The notes: generated by a model from the sequence alone, not told the origin. A stretch of DNA of 64,000 nucleotides from Defluviitaleaceae bacterium (GCA_009779935.1 WRAX01000001.1:37758-101757), one strand, 5' to 3'; shown: positions 21,272-29,579, numbered from the stretch's first letter. Program-made: numbers and translations.

Positions 21272-22054
21272 CTATAAAGAGGAATCTTTTTCATATACAA
21301 TCAAGGCGTCCAACATCGCTTGCAATATAAACTCAATAAACTTAGTGCAACCAACAACTCTATCTGTAATAGACAAAATATCGTAATATTCGTGTCGGCG
21401 TTCGTATATAACATTCATTGTCGGTATTCTATTGCTTACATATATGCCATTTCTCTGATTAAGCAAAAGCATGTGCCATATTCGGGAAACATGTTCGCTA
21501 CCTTCACCAAAAGGCTTCATGACGATAAGTTCATAATGAAACACACAGGCTTTGATGAGCATATTTTCCTTTGAATCCTTTAACCATTCAACTAAGTTTT
21601 CAAAATCTCTATGCAATTTTCCGAAAGAATCATCGGAGGTGAAGCACCCTGCTTCTTTCGGCAGACCTGTCATAAGCACGCCATGGATATTCTGCATTGC
21701 TGATATGCTGTATGCGACTGTGTGTGCCGTGTTGTGAAAGTGGTCATGGTATAGCTGGCTGTAGGCTTCATAAGCATTTTTAACAGCAATAATGTCTTTA
21801 GGCGCAAGCTCGGTATATTCGCCATTAATAACATGGGATGCTTGCACAAGCGTTAGCTCGCTATTTTTCATTGCGATTGTTGCATGAGCAAAGCGAATAC
21901 AGATATCACGGTGCATTTGCTTTACTGTTTTGCCGTTTAATTGGTGCATTTTTCCTCGTTCAACATAGAGCGAATGCTGACTTTTTGCTCGTTTGATAAT
22001 TTGCCCCACCAGATTTTGACTTTTATCTGTTATGGTATATTTTAACTTTTTCAT
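21272..22054 (-). CDS. Fic/DOC-family protein with a degenerate active-site motif
   Basis: FHYELIVMKPFGEGSEHVSR aligns to fH..f..IHPFxDGNGRxxR, with His replaced by Lys and GNGR replaced by GSEH. The start at 22054 follows AAAGGA. Confidence 0.5.
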   Translation of the reverse strand: MKKLKYTITDKSQNLVGQIIKRAKSQHSLYVERGKMHQLNGKTVKQMHRDICIRFAHATIAMKNSELTLVQASHVINGEYTELAPKDIIAVKNAYEAYSQLYHDHFHNTAHTVAYSISAMQNIHGVLMTGLPKEAGCFTSDDSFGKLHRDFENLVEWLKDSKENMLIKACVFHYELIVMKPFGEGSEHVSRIWHMLLLNQRNGIYVSNRIPTMNVIYERRHEYYDILSITDRVVGCTKFIEFILQAMLDALIVYEKDSSL

Positions 22055-22245
22055 GTAATACATCCTTTTCGCATGTACCACACTCGCAGTGGTACATAAG
22101 TGCGCCCTCTAAATTTTAGCTTACCGGAAAACATAATCAATTAAAAATATTCCAATTCAGCCAGTAAAGTCATTTTATCATAACTTTGGTGTTGCGTGGC
22201 AAAGTTATCCGAATTGCGTTGCTTGCACCCTTTGCAGCACACATC

Positions 22246-23094
22246 TTATATCTTTATGGTTAGCAAAATTTCACGCAAAACTTTGCATGCGGTGGCGGTG
22301 GATACGCCGCTGGGGTCGTAATTTGGGGCAAGTTCCACAATATCACAGCCCACTATATTTAGGTCACGCAGAAAAGTGAGATTATGGCGCAGTTCCTCAA
22401 AACTTATGCCGCCGGCTTCCGGCGTGCCGGTACCTGCGAATATGGAGGGGTCCAACACATCCAAGTCCAGCGTAAAGTAGAAGGGTGCATTGAGCGCAGA
22501 AAGCTCTGCTACCATTTTAGGTTGCACCCCATTGGCAATATGTTGCCTTGCCCAATAAAACTCCTCTTTTGTGCCGCTGCGTATGCCATATTGAAAAATG
22601 CGACCATCCCCTAAAATATCGTGGCAACGACGCATTACCGTGGCATGTGACAGTTTTTCGCCTAAATACTCATCCCGCAGGTCGGTGTGGGCATCAAAGT
22701 GGATAATGTGCAGGTTGGGGTGCTTTTTTGCTAAGGCACGCACTGCCCCAAGGGTTACAAGATGCTCGCCGCCCAGCATTAGGGGTGTTTTTCCATCTGC
22801 TGCAATTTCTGCCGTGGTTTGCTCTATGGTATTAAGCACACCTTCTGCGCCGCCGTAAAGCTCCAAATCCCCTGCATCATAAACTTTTACATCATCTTCC
22901 AAATCCTTATCCAGGTATGGGCTGTAAGTTTCAAGTCCATAGCTTTCTTGCCGCATTGTGGCAGGCGCAAAGCGGGTGCCGGGGCGGTTGGATGTGGTTG
23001 CGTCATAAGGTGCACCAAATATGACAATTTGGGCATCATCATAGCTTGCATCACATCCTAAAAAGTTTTGTACATTTCCTGTTTTATTCAGCAT
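22246..23094 (-). CDS. speB: Agmatinase
   Basis: Ureohydrolase motifs GGEHLVT, HFDAHTDL and DLDVLDP. Confidence 0.9.
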   Translation of the reverse strand: MLNKTGNVQNFLGCDASYDDAQIVIFGAPYDATTSNRPGTRFAPATMRQESYGLETYSPYLDKDLEDDVKVYDAGDLELYGGAEGVLNTIEQTTAEIAADGKTPLMLGGEHLVTLGAVRALAKKHPNLHIIHFDAHTDLRDEYLGEKLSHATVMRRCHDILGDGRIFQYGIRSGTKEEFYWARQHIANGVQPKMVAELSALNAPFYFTLDLDVLDPSIFAGTGTPEAGGISFEELRHNLTFLRDLNIVGCDIVELAPNYDPSGVSTATACKVLREILLTIKI

Positions 23095-23113
23095 CTTTCT
23101 ACCACCTCCTTAA

Positions 23114-25723
23114 CTATGATATTGTAGCTTTTGCGGCATTTATGGCATCCTGCATTTTGGCAATATCTTTTATGCCTGCCTGTGCCATATTTGGGCGGCC
23201 GCCGCCGCCGCCGCCGGCAGCTGTTGCCGCCGCTTTAACCATATTGCCGCAATGGATGCCCGCTTTAACGGCGGAATCTGTTGCACGGATTAGAATATTG
23301 CCGCTCCCACCTAACCTTGCGGATAACAGGAGAACACTGTCGCCCTGCATTTTGCTGATAAGCTCATCAGACAGGTTGCGCAACCCGTCCATATCCACCC
23401 CTTCCAAATTGGAGGCATATAGGGTTATCTGTCCAATTTGCTCCCCTTGGGATAGAATGTCACCGGTGGCGGCTTGTGCCACTTTGGTTTTTAGGGTTTC
23501 CAGCTGGTTTTCCAATTCCTTATTGGTCGTCATTAACTGCTCGATGCGCTTAATAAGATTATGTGCAGGGGTTTTTAGTGCGGTGGCAATTTCTGCCAGC
23601 TTGTCCTCCATTTGTTTGAAGTGGTCGAGGGCATATTTGCCCACAACTGCTTCAATGCGGCGCACGCCGGCGGCTATGCCGGATTCAGATATAATTTTGA
23701 ATGCCCCAATACCGCCTGTGGATGTTAAGTGGGTTCCGCCGCACAGCTCCACCGAATCCCCGCCGATATCTACCACACGCACCACATCGCCATACTTTTC
23801 ACCGAAAAGTGCCATTGCACCCCTTGCTTTGGCGGCATCCATGCCCATTTCCTCGATAACTACAGGGATATTTTGCAAAATGAAATCATTAACAATATTT
23901 TCCAATTGCATTATTTCGTCTTTGGTTAAACCTTGGTGGTGATTAAAGTCAAAACGCAAACCATCATGCCCCTTGCTTGCGCCTGCCTGCGTTGCGCCTG
24001 CACCCAGCACCTTGGAAAGGGCGGCGTGTAGCAGATGGGTGGCGGTGTGATGGCGCATGGTGTCCATCCTGTGGGTTTGGTCCACATTTAATACTGCCGT
24101 TTGCCCGGCAACTATTTCCCCGGAAATAATTTTAGCAATATGGGCAAATTGCCCGCCTTCCACCTTAACACAACCCACAACTTCCGCTTTACCGCTGTCG
24201 GTTTGGATAATGCCCGCATCCCCCTTTTGTCCGCCGGATTCGGCATAAAAAGGCGTGCGGTTGGTCGCAATCATCAAATTATCGCCTTGTGGTACAACAT
24301 GCAAAATTTTTGCGTCATTAGTGGTTAAAAAGTCATATCCTATAAATTCCACAGGTGCAAGCGCAAGCCCTTCAAAAGCGGAACTGTCTCCCCCTGTATA
24401 TCCTGCATCCTCACGGGCGGCACGGGCACGGGACTTTTGCGCCTCCATTTCGGCATGGAAGCCTGCTTCATCCAATCCAATTCCATTTTCTTCCAAAATT
24501 TCCCTTGTAAGCTCTAATGGAAAACCATAAGTGTCGTGTAGCTTAAAGGCATCCGCTCCCGCTAACATGCCGCCTTGTTTCACCTCTGACATTTTAACCT
24601 TTAACAATGCCATACCGCTATCCAAGGTGTCGTAAAAACGGGCTTCTTCGGCGGTAATAAGCTTCAAAATGCGGTCTGCCTGCTCCACAAGTGTAGGGTA
24701 AGCATTTTTGCTATTATCAATCACCACTTGCGCCAATTTTGTTAGGAAAAGCCCATCAATACCCAAAAGTTTACCGTGGCGGGCGGCACGGCGCAACAGG
24801 CGGCGCAACACATAACCCCGCCCTTCGCCTGATGGGGCTATATGGTCGCTCATCATAAACACTACCGAGCGCACATGGTCGGTAACAAGGCGTATGGACA
24901 CATCCTGTTTGGCTTCGGGCGCAAAGGAATTGCCGTATGTTTTGCCCGATAAAGCGCAGACCTCATCCCGCACAGCTTTGATGGTGTCCACATCAAAAAT
25001 AGACCCCACATTTTGCATAACCATCGCCATGCGCTCCAAGCCCATGCCTGTGTCAATGCCCTTTGCGGGCAGGTCGCTGTAATTACCTGCTTCATCCTTT
25101 TCAAATTGAATGAAAACTAAGTTCCAAACTTCCAAAAACCTATCCTCGCCTGCTGTTACGGATTTTACAAAGTCATCCTGCCCAAATTCCGCACCACGGT
25201 CATAAAAAATTTCCGAACATGGGCCGCAGGGGCCTACGGACAGCTCCCAAAAATTGTCATCTTTGCCAAGGCGGTGTATGCGGTCGGGGGCAACACCCAC
25301 CTCTTTCTCCCAAATCCCGTGGGATTCATCATCATCCAAATATACGGTAACATACAGCTTGTCCACAGGTATTTCCAGGTTTTTTGTAATAAATTCCCAA
25401 GCCCAATTTATGGTGTCCCGCTTAAAATAATCTGCAAAAGAAAAGTTGCCCAACATTTCAAAAAAAGTGCCGTGGCGGGCGGTTTTGCCCACTTCCTCAA
25501 TATCACAGGTGCGCACACATTTTTGGCAGGTGGTTACACGTGGGCTTGGCGGTGTGGCCTGTCCCATAAAAAAGGGCTTCATGGGTGCCATGCCTGCATT
25601 TATCAGCAATAACGACTTGTCCCCATCAGGCACAAGGGAAAAGCCGGGCAAACGCTTGTGCCCCTTACCCTCAAAAAATGCCAAATACCGCTCTCTTATC
25701 TCATTTACTCCTAATTTTTCCAT
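23114..25723 (-). CDS. alaS: Alanine--tRNA ligase
   Basis: 869 aa with the canonical N-terminus (EIRERYLAFFEGKGH) and the editing-domain HTATHLL motif. Confidence 0.98.
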   Translation of the reverse strand: MEKLGVNEIRERYLAFFEGKGHKRLPGFSLVPDGDKSLLLINAGMAPMKPFFMGQATPPSPRVTTCQKCVRTCDIEEVGKTARHGTFFEMLGNFSFADYFKRDTINWAWEFITKNLEIPVDKLYVTVYLDDDESHGIWEKEVGVAPDRIHRLGKDDNFWELSVGPCGPCSEIFYDRGAEFGQDDFVKSVTAGEDRFLEVWNLVFIQFEKDEAGNYSDLPAKGIDTGMGLERMAMVMQNVGSIFDVDTIKAVRDEVCALSGKTYGNSFAPEAKQDVSIRLVTDHVRSVVFMMSDHIAPSGEGRGYVLRRLLRRAARHGKLLGIDGLFLTKLAQVVIDNSKNAYPTLVEQADRILKLITAEEARFYDTLDSGMALLKVKMSEVKQGGMLAGADAFKLHDTYGFPLELTREILEENGIGLDEAGFHAEMEAQKSRARAAREDAGYTGGDSSAFEGLALAPVEFIGYDFLTTNDAKILHVVPQGDNLMIATNRTPFYAESGGQKGDAGIIQTDSGKAEVVGCVKVEGGQFAHIAKIISGEIVAGQTAVLNVDQTHRMDTMRHHTATHLLHAALSKVLGAGATQAGASKGHDGLRFDFNHHQGLTKDEIMQLENIVNDFILQNIPVVIEEMGMDAAKARGAMALFGEKYGDVVRVVDIGGDSVELCGGTHLTSTGGIGAFKIISESGIAAGVRRIEAVVGKYALDHFKQMEDKLAEIATALKTPAHNLIKRIEQLMTTNKELENQLETLKTKVAQAATGDILSQGEQIGQITLYASNLEGVDMDGLRNLSDELISKMQGDSVLLLSARLGGSGNILIRATDSAVKAGIHCGNMVKAAATAAGGGGGGRPNMAQAGIKDIAKMQDAINAAKATIS

Positions 25724-25933
25724 ATTTGTTTGCCTCCGAATTTTCTTTATCCCTCATTATACCATAATGACTTAGTTAAACACAACGAAGCCGAGCAAAA
25801 AATCTCAACGATTAGCTGAGTTTTTTGCGAAGGCTTAATTGATGTTTAGCTTATACCATTATACCATTTTGCCGGCGGATACACAAGCAACATTTGGGCA
25901 AACTTTTATAAGCACAAGATTGGAGGCGACAAA

Positions 25934-26068
25934 ATGGCAAAAGCAGGTATGAGAAGACCAAGCCCAAAAGAGCCACATGGCACAGAATCCAATAAAAAGC
26001 AAAATTTTCCCAAAAATGATGTGCCGCCCGTGCCGGAAATACAGGGCAAGGCAAAAACAGGTAAATAA
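25934..26068 (+). CDS. 44-aa basic hypothetical protein (MAKAGMRRPSPKEPHGTESNKKQNFPKNDVPPVPEIQGKAKTGK)
   Basis: GGAGG lies 7 nt upstream of the ATG, and a perfect terminator follows immediately. It falls below the ORF-track cutoff. Confidence 0.45.
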   Translation: MAKAGMRRPSPKEPHGTESNKKQNFPKNDVPPVPEIQGKAKTGK

Positions 26069-26071
26069 ACC

Positions 26072-26109
26072 AAAAACACCATTGCCGCAAAGCCAGCAAT
26101 GGTGTTTTT
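26072..26109. terminator. Bidirectional rho-independent terminator
   Basis: aaaaacaccattgc / gcaatggtgttttt 14-bp stem between the small + ORF and the end of sigG. Confidence 0.85.
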
Positions 26110-26111
26110 GA

Positions 26112-26605
26112 TTAGGATATATACTTTCGCATATTCTTTAACGCATTTTTCTCCAAACGGCTTACTTGTGCTTGGCTTATGCCTATTTCATCCGCCACCT
26201 CCATTTGGGTTTTGCCTTCAAAAAAGCGTAGGTTGATAATATGCCTTTCCCGCTCGCCCAGCCTTTTCATGGCTTCTGAAAGGGAGATGTTTTCCAGCCA
26301 CATGGCATCGGTATTTTTGTCATCACTTAGCTGGTCCATAACAAAAAGTGCATCTGTGCCGTCGTTATAAACGGGTTCGAAAAGTGATACGGGCTCCTGT
26401 ATGGCATCAAGGGCAAAAACCACTTCTTGCCGGGAAACGCCCAACTCCACAGCAATTTCTTCGATGGTGGGTTCTTTGCTGTTTTGGTTTATCAGCCGCT
26501 CCTTAGCTTGCAGGGCTTTGTAGGCAATGTCCCTTAAACTTCGGCTTACCCTGATGGAATTATTGTCCCTTAAATATCGCCTAATTTCACCTATTATCAT
26601 TGGTA
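26112..26605 (-). CDS. sigG: sigG 3' segment (regions 2.4-4 of sporulation sigma factor G), separated from its 5' segment
   Basis: PMIIGEIRRYLRDNNSIRVSRSLRDIAYKAL...GISQAQVSRLEK is near-identical to my recollection of B. subtilis SigG from residue ~100. The MAFI- start in the ORF track is element-derived. Confidence 0.85.
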
Positions 26606-26629
26606 TGAATGCCATTAGACGAAAAACTA

Positions 26630-28000
26630 TTATAGCCCTTCAAACTTATAAAACACTTCAACATTCTCATCATCAATCACAATTTTTTCCACACACGAGC
26701 GCACGATGTTGCGTTGCTCATGCTTTGTCATATACTCCCAAGTTTCTTCAAGGGTTTCCAATGTTTTTTTCACACTTTCAATTTTATCGGCAATCACATT
26801 GCGTTCCTGCTCCCTTGTAATTTGGGCTCCCATATTGGCAAGTTGCTTTTGCTGCTCTTTTATGGTGTTTATCAAAATTTCGTCACCATTGTCTGCATAA
26901 AGGTTGTACAGACGTTTAATTTTTTTGGCAACCTCATCATATCTACCCTGCAACACTTCCAGCACCGATTGGGTTGCAGCCCGCACATTGTCCACCTGCT
27001 TTTGTTTTATGGAAAAAGAGAATAAATCACTAATTATAACGCTTTCCACATCACTGGCCCACAGCCTTTTGTTGTTGCAATGGGGGTCTTTTACCAAATG
27101 GGGCTTGCTTGTATCTTGGGAATAGCATACGATTTTACAATCATGCTTGCCCCATTTTTGATAGCGCATTTTAGCCCCGCATTTACCACAAAGCATTAGC
27201 CCGGTAAACAGATAGTTGCTGTGGGTTGCACGGTTAATGGACCGCTCCGCCATATAATCCATGGCTTTTTGATAAACATCTAAGCTGATAAGCGGTTCGT
27301 GCTTGCCCAAAAACTCTTCATCATTATAAATTATGTAACCGGCGTTGGATTTGCGCTCCAAAATCTGTATGGCAAGCTTTTCGTATTTAAGCCCCAGGGT
27401 TTGGGCAATCTTGCCGGTGGAATAACCTTCCAAATACAGGTCATAAATTTTGCGCACTGTTTCCGCATCTTTATTTGGCACAAGTATGCCCTGCCCCTTA
27501 TCATAATCATAACCAAAGGGTATGCGGCCGCCGCCGGGCCAAAGCCCTGCTTTTACACGCTCTCTCATACCCATACGGGTGCGCTCTCTTATATTTTCCC
27601 GCTCCAATTGGGCAAATGCGGATAAAATGCCCAGCATAAGCCGCCCAAGGGGGGTAGATGTGTCCATACTTTCCTGCGTGGAAATGAAGTCCACGCCATG
27701 GGGGTTAAACACATCTTCAATCAAATACAATGTGTCCTTTTGGCTGCGGGAAAGCCTGTCCAATTTATAAACCAGCACCGTGCTGATGGTTTTATTTTTC
27801 ACATCAGCAATCATCCTTTGCAATTCCGGCCTATCCATATTGCTGCCGCTGTATCCGCCGTCAATATAATAATCAAAATCTTTAATACCCTTGGAAGCGC
27901 AGTGTCCTGCAAGCATCTGCTTTTGCGCTTCTATGGAGTAACCTTCCTCCCGCTGGGCATCTGTGGAAACCCTGATATAAATCGCTGCTTTGTGCTGCAT
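26630..28000 (-). CDS. Large serine recombinase (SpoIVCA/CcrB-like)
   Basis: 456 aa with AAIYIRVSTDAQ (catalytic Ser), a resolvase domain, a recombinase domain, a Cys-rich zinc ribbon (CGKCGAKM...C) and a coiled-coil. Confidence 0.92.
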   Translation of the reverse strand: MQHKAAIYIRVSTDAQREEGYSIEAQKQMLAGHCASKGIKDFDYYIDGGYSGSNMDRPELQRMIADVKNKTISTVLVYKLDRLSRSQKDTLYLIEDVFNPHGVDFISTQESMDTSTPLGRLMLGILSAFAQLERENIRERTRMGMRERVKAGLWPGGGRIPFGYDYDKGQGILVPNKDAETVRKIYDLYLEGYSTGKIAQTLGLKYEKLAIQILERKSNAGYIIYNDEEFLGKHEPLISLDVYQKAMDYMAERSINRATHSNYLFTGLMLCGKCGAKMRYQKWGKHDCKIVCYSQDTSKPHLVKDPHCNNKRLWASDVESVIISDLFSFSIKQKQVDNVRAATQSVLEVLQGRYDEVAKKIKRLYNLYADNGDEILINTIKEQQKQLANMGAQITREQERNVIADKIESVKKTLETLEETWEYMTKHEQRNIVRSCVEKIVIDDENVEVFYKFEGL

Positions 28001-28011
28001 AAAGCACCCCC

Positions 28012-28203
28012 TTAGCCATTAGCTTCATCATAACACAAAGTGGTGATGTTTTCAACGGCATTTTTTACCAATGTATCTTGGGGAGAAAGTCGCACATTAA
28101 CTGCTTGAATGGCTTCCAAAACCACATTGCTGTCCAGTATATATTTTTCCAAATCAGCCTTATTCACCTTTTTTCCATTAATGTATCTGGTTACACTTAG
28201 CAT
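28012..28203 (-). CDS. 63-aa hypothetical protein upstream of the recombinase
   Basis: The start at 28203 follows AAGGAG. Its stop lies 11 nt before the recombinase ATG. The longer ORF-track version lacks an RBS. Confidence 0.45.
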   Translation of the reverse strand: MLSVTRYINGKKVNKADLEKYILDSNVVLEAIQAVNVRLSPQDTLVKNAVENITTLCYDEANG

Positions 28204-28300
28204 GGCAACGCTCCTTTTTTGCATTGTTGCCATCAAATGCGGTGCGTAATCCCGGGTTACAAAAAACACCGTGTACATGCGCCACGGTGCCAAGGATATA

Positions 28301-28371
28301 CAGGGGTAGAGAGAATCGAACTCCCACTAAAGGTTTTGGAGACCTCTGTCATGCCACTTGACCATACCCCT
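28301..28371 (-). tRNA. tRNA-Trp (anticodon CCA)
   Basis: The reverse complement AGGGGTATGGTCAAGTGGCATGACAGAGGTCTCCAAAACCTTTAGTGGGAGTTCGATTCTCTCTACCCCTG folds as a cloverleaf. It has a 7-bp acceptor stem, the anticodon loop CUCCAAA and the T-loop TTCGATT. No CCA end is encoded. Confidence 0.9.
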
Positions 28372-28414
28372 AAATAAGATGCAGGGCGCACAATGTGCGC
28401 CGCTACAACCAATA

Positions 28415-28488
28415 TGCTGGTACCGAGATTCGAACTCGGGAGCCTCTCCCTTACCAAGGGAGCGCTCTACCTACTGAGCTATACCAGC
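28415..28488 (-). tRNA. tRNA-Thr (anticodon GGT)
   Basis: The reverse complement GCTGGTATAGCTCAGTAGGTAGAGCGCTCCCTTGGTAAGGGAGAGGCTCCCGAGTTCGAATCTCGGTACCAGCA folds as a canonical cloverleaf with the anticodon loop TTGGTAA. Confidence 0.92.
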
Positions 28489-28554
28489 AAATATTTCAAC
28501 AAAAGATATTCTACCACGCCAAAGGGCATTTGTCAACAAAAATTTTTGGGAAAT

Positions 28555-29112
28555 TTATATTTGGGGACAGGAAGGGTTTGACAGCTTTTTTATCAGGTCA
28601 TCATGGGTGGTTAAGTTGATTTGGGTGCCTTTGGCTGCGGTTAGGTTGCAGTGTTTTAACCAATCACGCCATTTTTGTATACCAAACATGGTGGATATGG
28701 TTTGCCACGATGGTGTGCCTTGTGTCCTTACGGCATTGTGTTGCCGTGCTGATGGGGGGCGGTTTTTTATGTAGTCGTCTATAAATTGCGCTTGCCAGTG
28801 CTCCTTGGTTTGATGGGAGTAAGGGCGGGAAGGGGATGGTTGGTTTTGGGGGTAGTGTTTTTCCAAAAAGTCTTTTAAGTTTATTCCAAAGCGCAGTTTT
28901 ATGACGGTGTGGGGCGGCAAGGTTTTTTTCTTAAATTCTGCTGTGCGCGGCGGGCGGCCATTGTCTATGATAAACTGATTTATGGTATCGAAGATGGTTT
29001 GCTCGCTCCAGCCCATAAAGGGCATGTGGTCAAGGATTTCTTGTATTTTTTCTTTTGTGCCTTGGTCTGTCACCACATCCAATGCTGCCTGTAAGGCTTG
29101 TTTTCGTGTCAT
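28555..29112 (-). CDS. Hypothetical protein with two homing-endonuclease-associated-repeat-like (HEARO-like) modules
   Basis: 185 aa. It has two repeats of the pattern W..Q.I...I..F....GR.P...EF......P....I...FG....W/FL. AGGAGG lies 7 nt upstream, directly after the premature stop of the sigG 5' fragment. Confidence 0.5.
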   Translation of the reverse strand: MTRKQALQAALDVVTDQGTKEKIQEILDHMPFMGWSEQTIFDTINQFIIDNGRPPRTAEFKKKTLPPHTVIKLRFGINLKDFLEKHYPQNQPSPSRPYSHQTKEHWQAQFIDDYIKNRPPSARQHNAVRTQGTPSWQTISTMFGIQKWRDWLKHCNLTAAKGTQINLTTHDDLIKKLSNPSCPQI

Positions 29113-29149
29113 TTAGCATCCTCCTATTATCAATTTCGCTTAATGACAT

Positions 29150-29450
29150 TCATTGGTACAGCATATGTGGAAAATTTTACGCCATGGCTGGTGTCAAAAT
29201 TGTCTATAGCTTTAATAAGGCCAATGCAGCCCACTTGGAATATATCATCAATATTTTCGCCACGGTTGTTGAAGCGTTGGATAACGCTAAGTACAAGGCG
29301 CAGGTTGCCGTATATATATTCCCTGCGGGCATGTTTACAGCCCTGCAAAATCTTTGCAAAAAGTATATCTTTTTCCGCTTGTTTTAGAATAGGAAGTTTG
29401 GCAGTGTTTACGCCGCAAATTTCCACCTTGGTGCGCTGTGTGCCGCTCAT
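29150..29450 (-). CDS. sigG: sigG 5' segment (regions 1.2-2.3). As it stands, the ORF runs 6 codons into the element and stops at 29130.
   Basis: MSGTQRTKVEICGVNTAKLPILK...GNLRLVLSVIQRFNNRGENIDDIFQVGCIGLIKAIDNFDTSHGVKFSTYAVPM matches the SigG N-terminal ~100 aa. Confidence 0.85.
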
Positions 29451-29484
29451 ATATGGTCGCCCGCTCTCTGCAATAATATAAAGA

Positions 29485-29513
29485 TATTTTTTCCAAGGCA
29501 GGCAAGTTTATAC
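29485..29513 (-). promoter_or_regulatory. Sigma-F-like forespore promoter upstream of sigG (GTATA-N14-GGAAAAAATA)
   Basis: On the minus strand, GTATA lies at 29513-29509 and GGAAAAAATA at 29494-29485. This fits the GYATA / GGnnAnAnTR pattern as I recall it. Confidence 0.45.
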
Positions 29514-29579
29514 CAGCAAAATATTCCAATCTATTCCAAAGCCAAGCAAAAAGGGACGGTTAATGCCCGCCCCTGTATA

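Larger units (their letters stand above)
26597..29158 (-). mobile_element. 2.55-kb intervening element inside sigG, of the serine-recombinase type (skin-like)
   Basis: A 9-bp direct repeat TCATTGGTA occurs at 26597-26605 and 29150-29158. The inverted ends 26606-26621 and 29137-29152 match at 13/16 positions. Deleting one repeat copy plus the interval restores ...FSTYAVPMIIGEIRR... Confidence 0.85.

Noticed and set aside
23046-23942. 298-aa + strand ORF
   Set aside because: It is entirely antisense to the highly conserved alaS. Its composition is low-complexity (A/S/P/I-rich), it has no RBS, and it looks like a typical shadow ORF.
25724-25933. Search for T-box leaders upstream of alaS (and also gltX at 6992-7100 and glnS at 44246-44458)
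   Set aside because: No GGTGGTACCGCG-type T-box sequence or specifier-loop architecture was found on the relevant strands. The alaS leader shows only a TGgTATAAT promoter and a weak A/T-rich hairpin.
25851-26099. 82-aa minus-strand ORF upstream of alaS
   Set aside because: It has no RBS and an odd composition. It is antisense to the better-supported 44-aa + strand gene, which has its own RBS and terminator.
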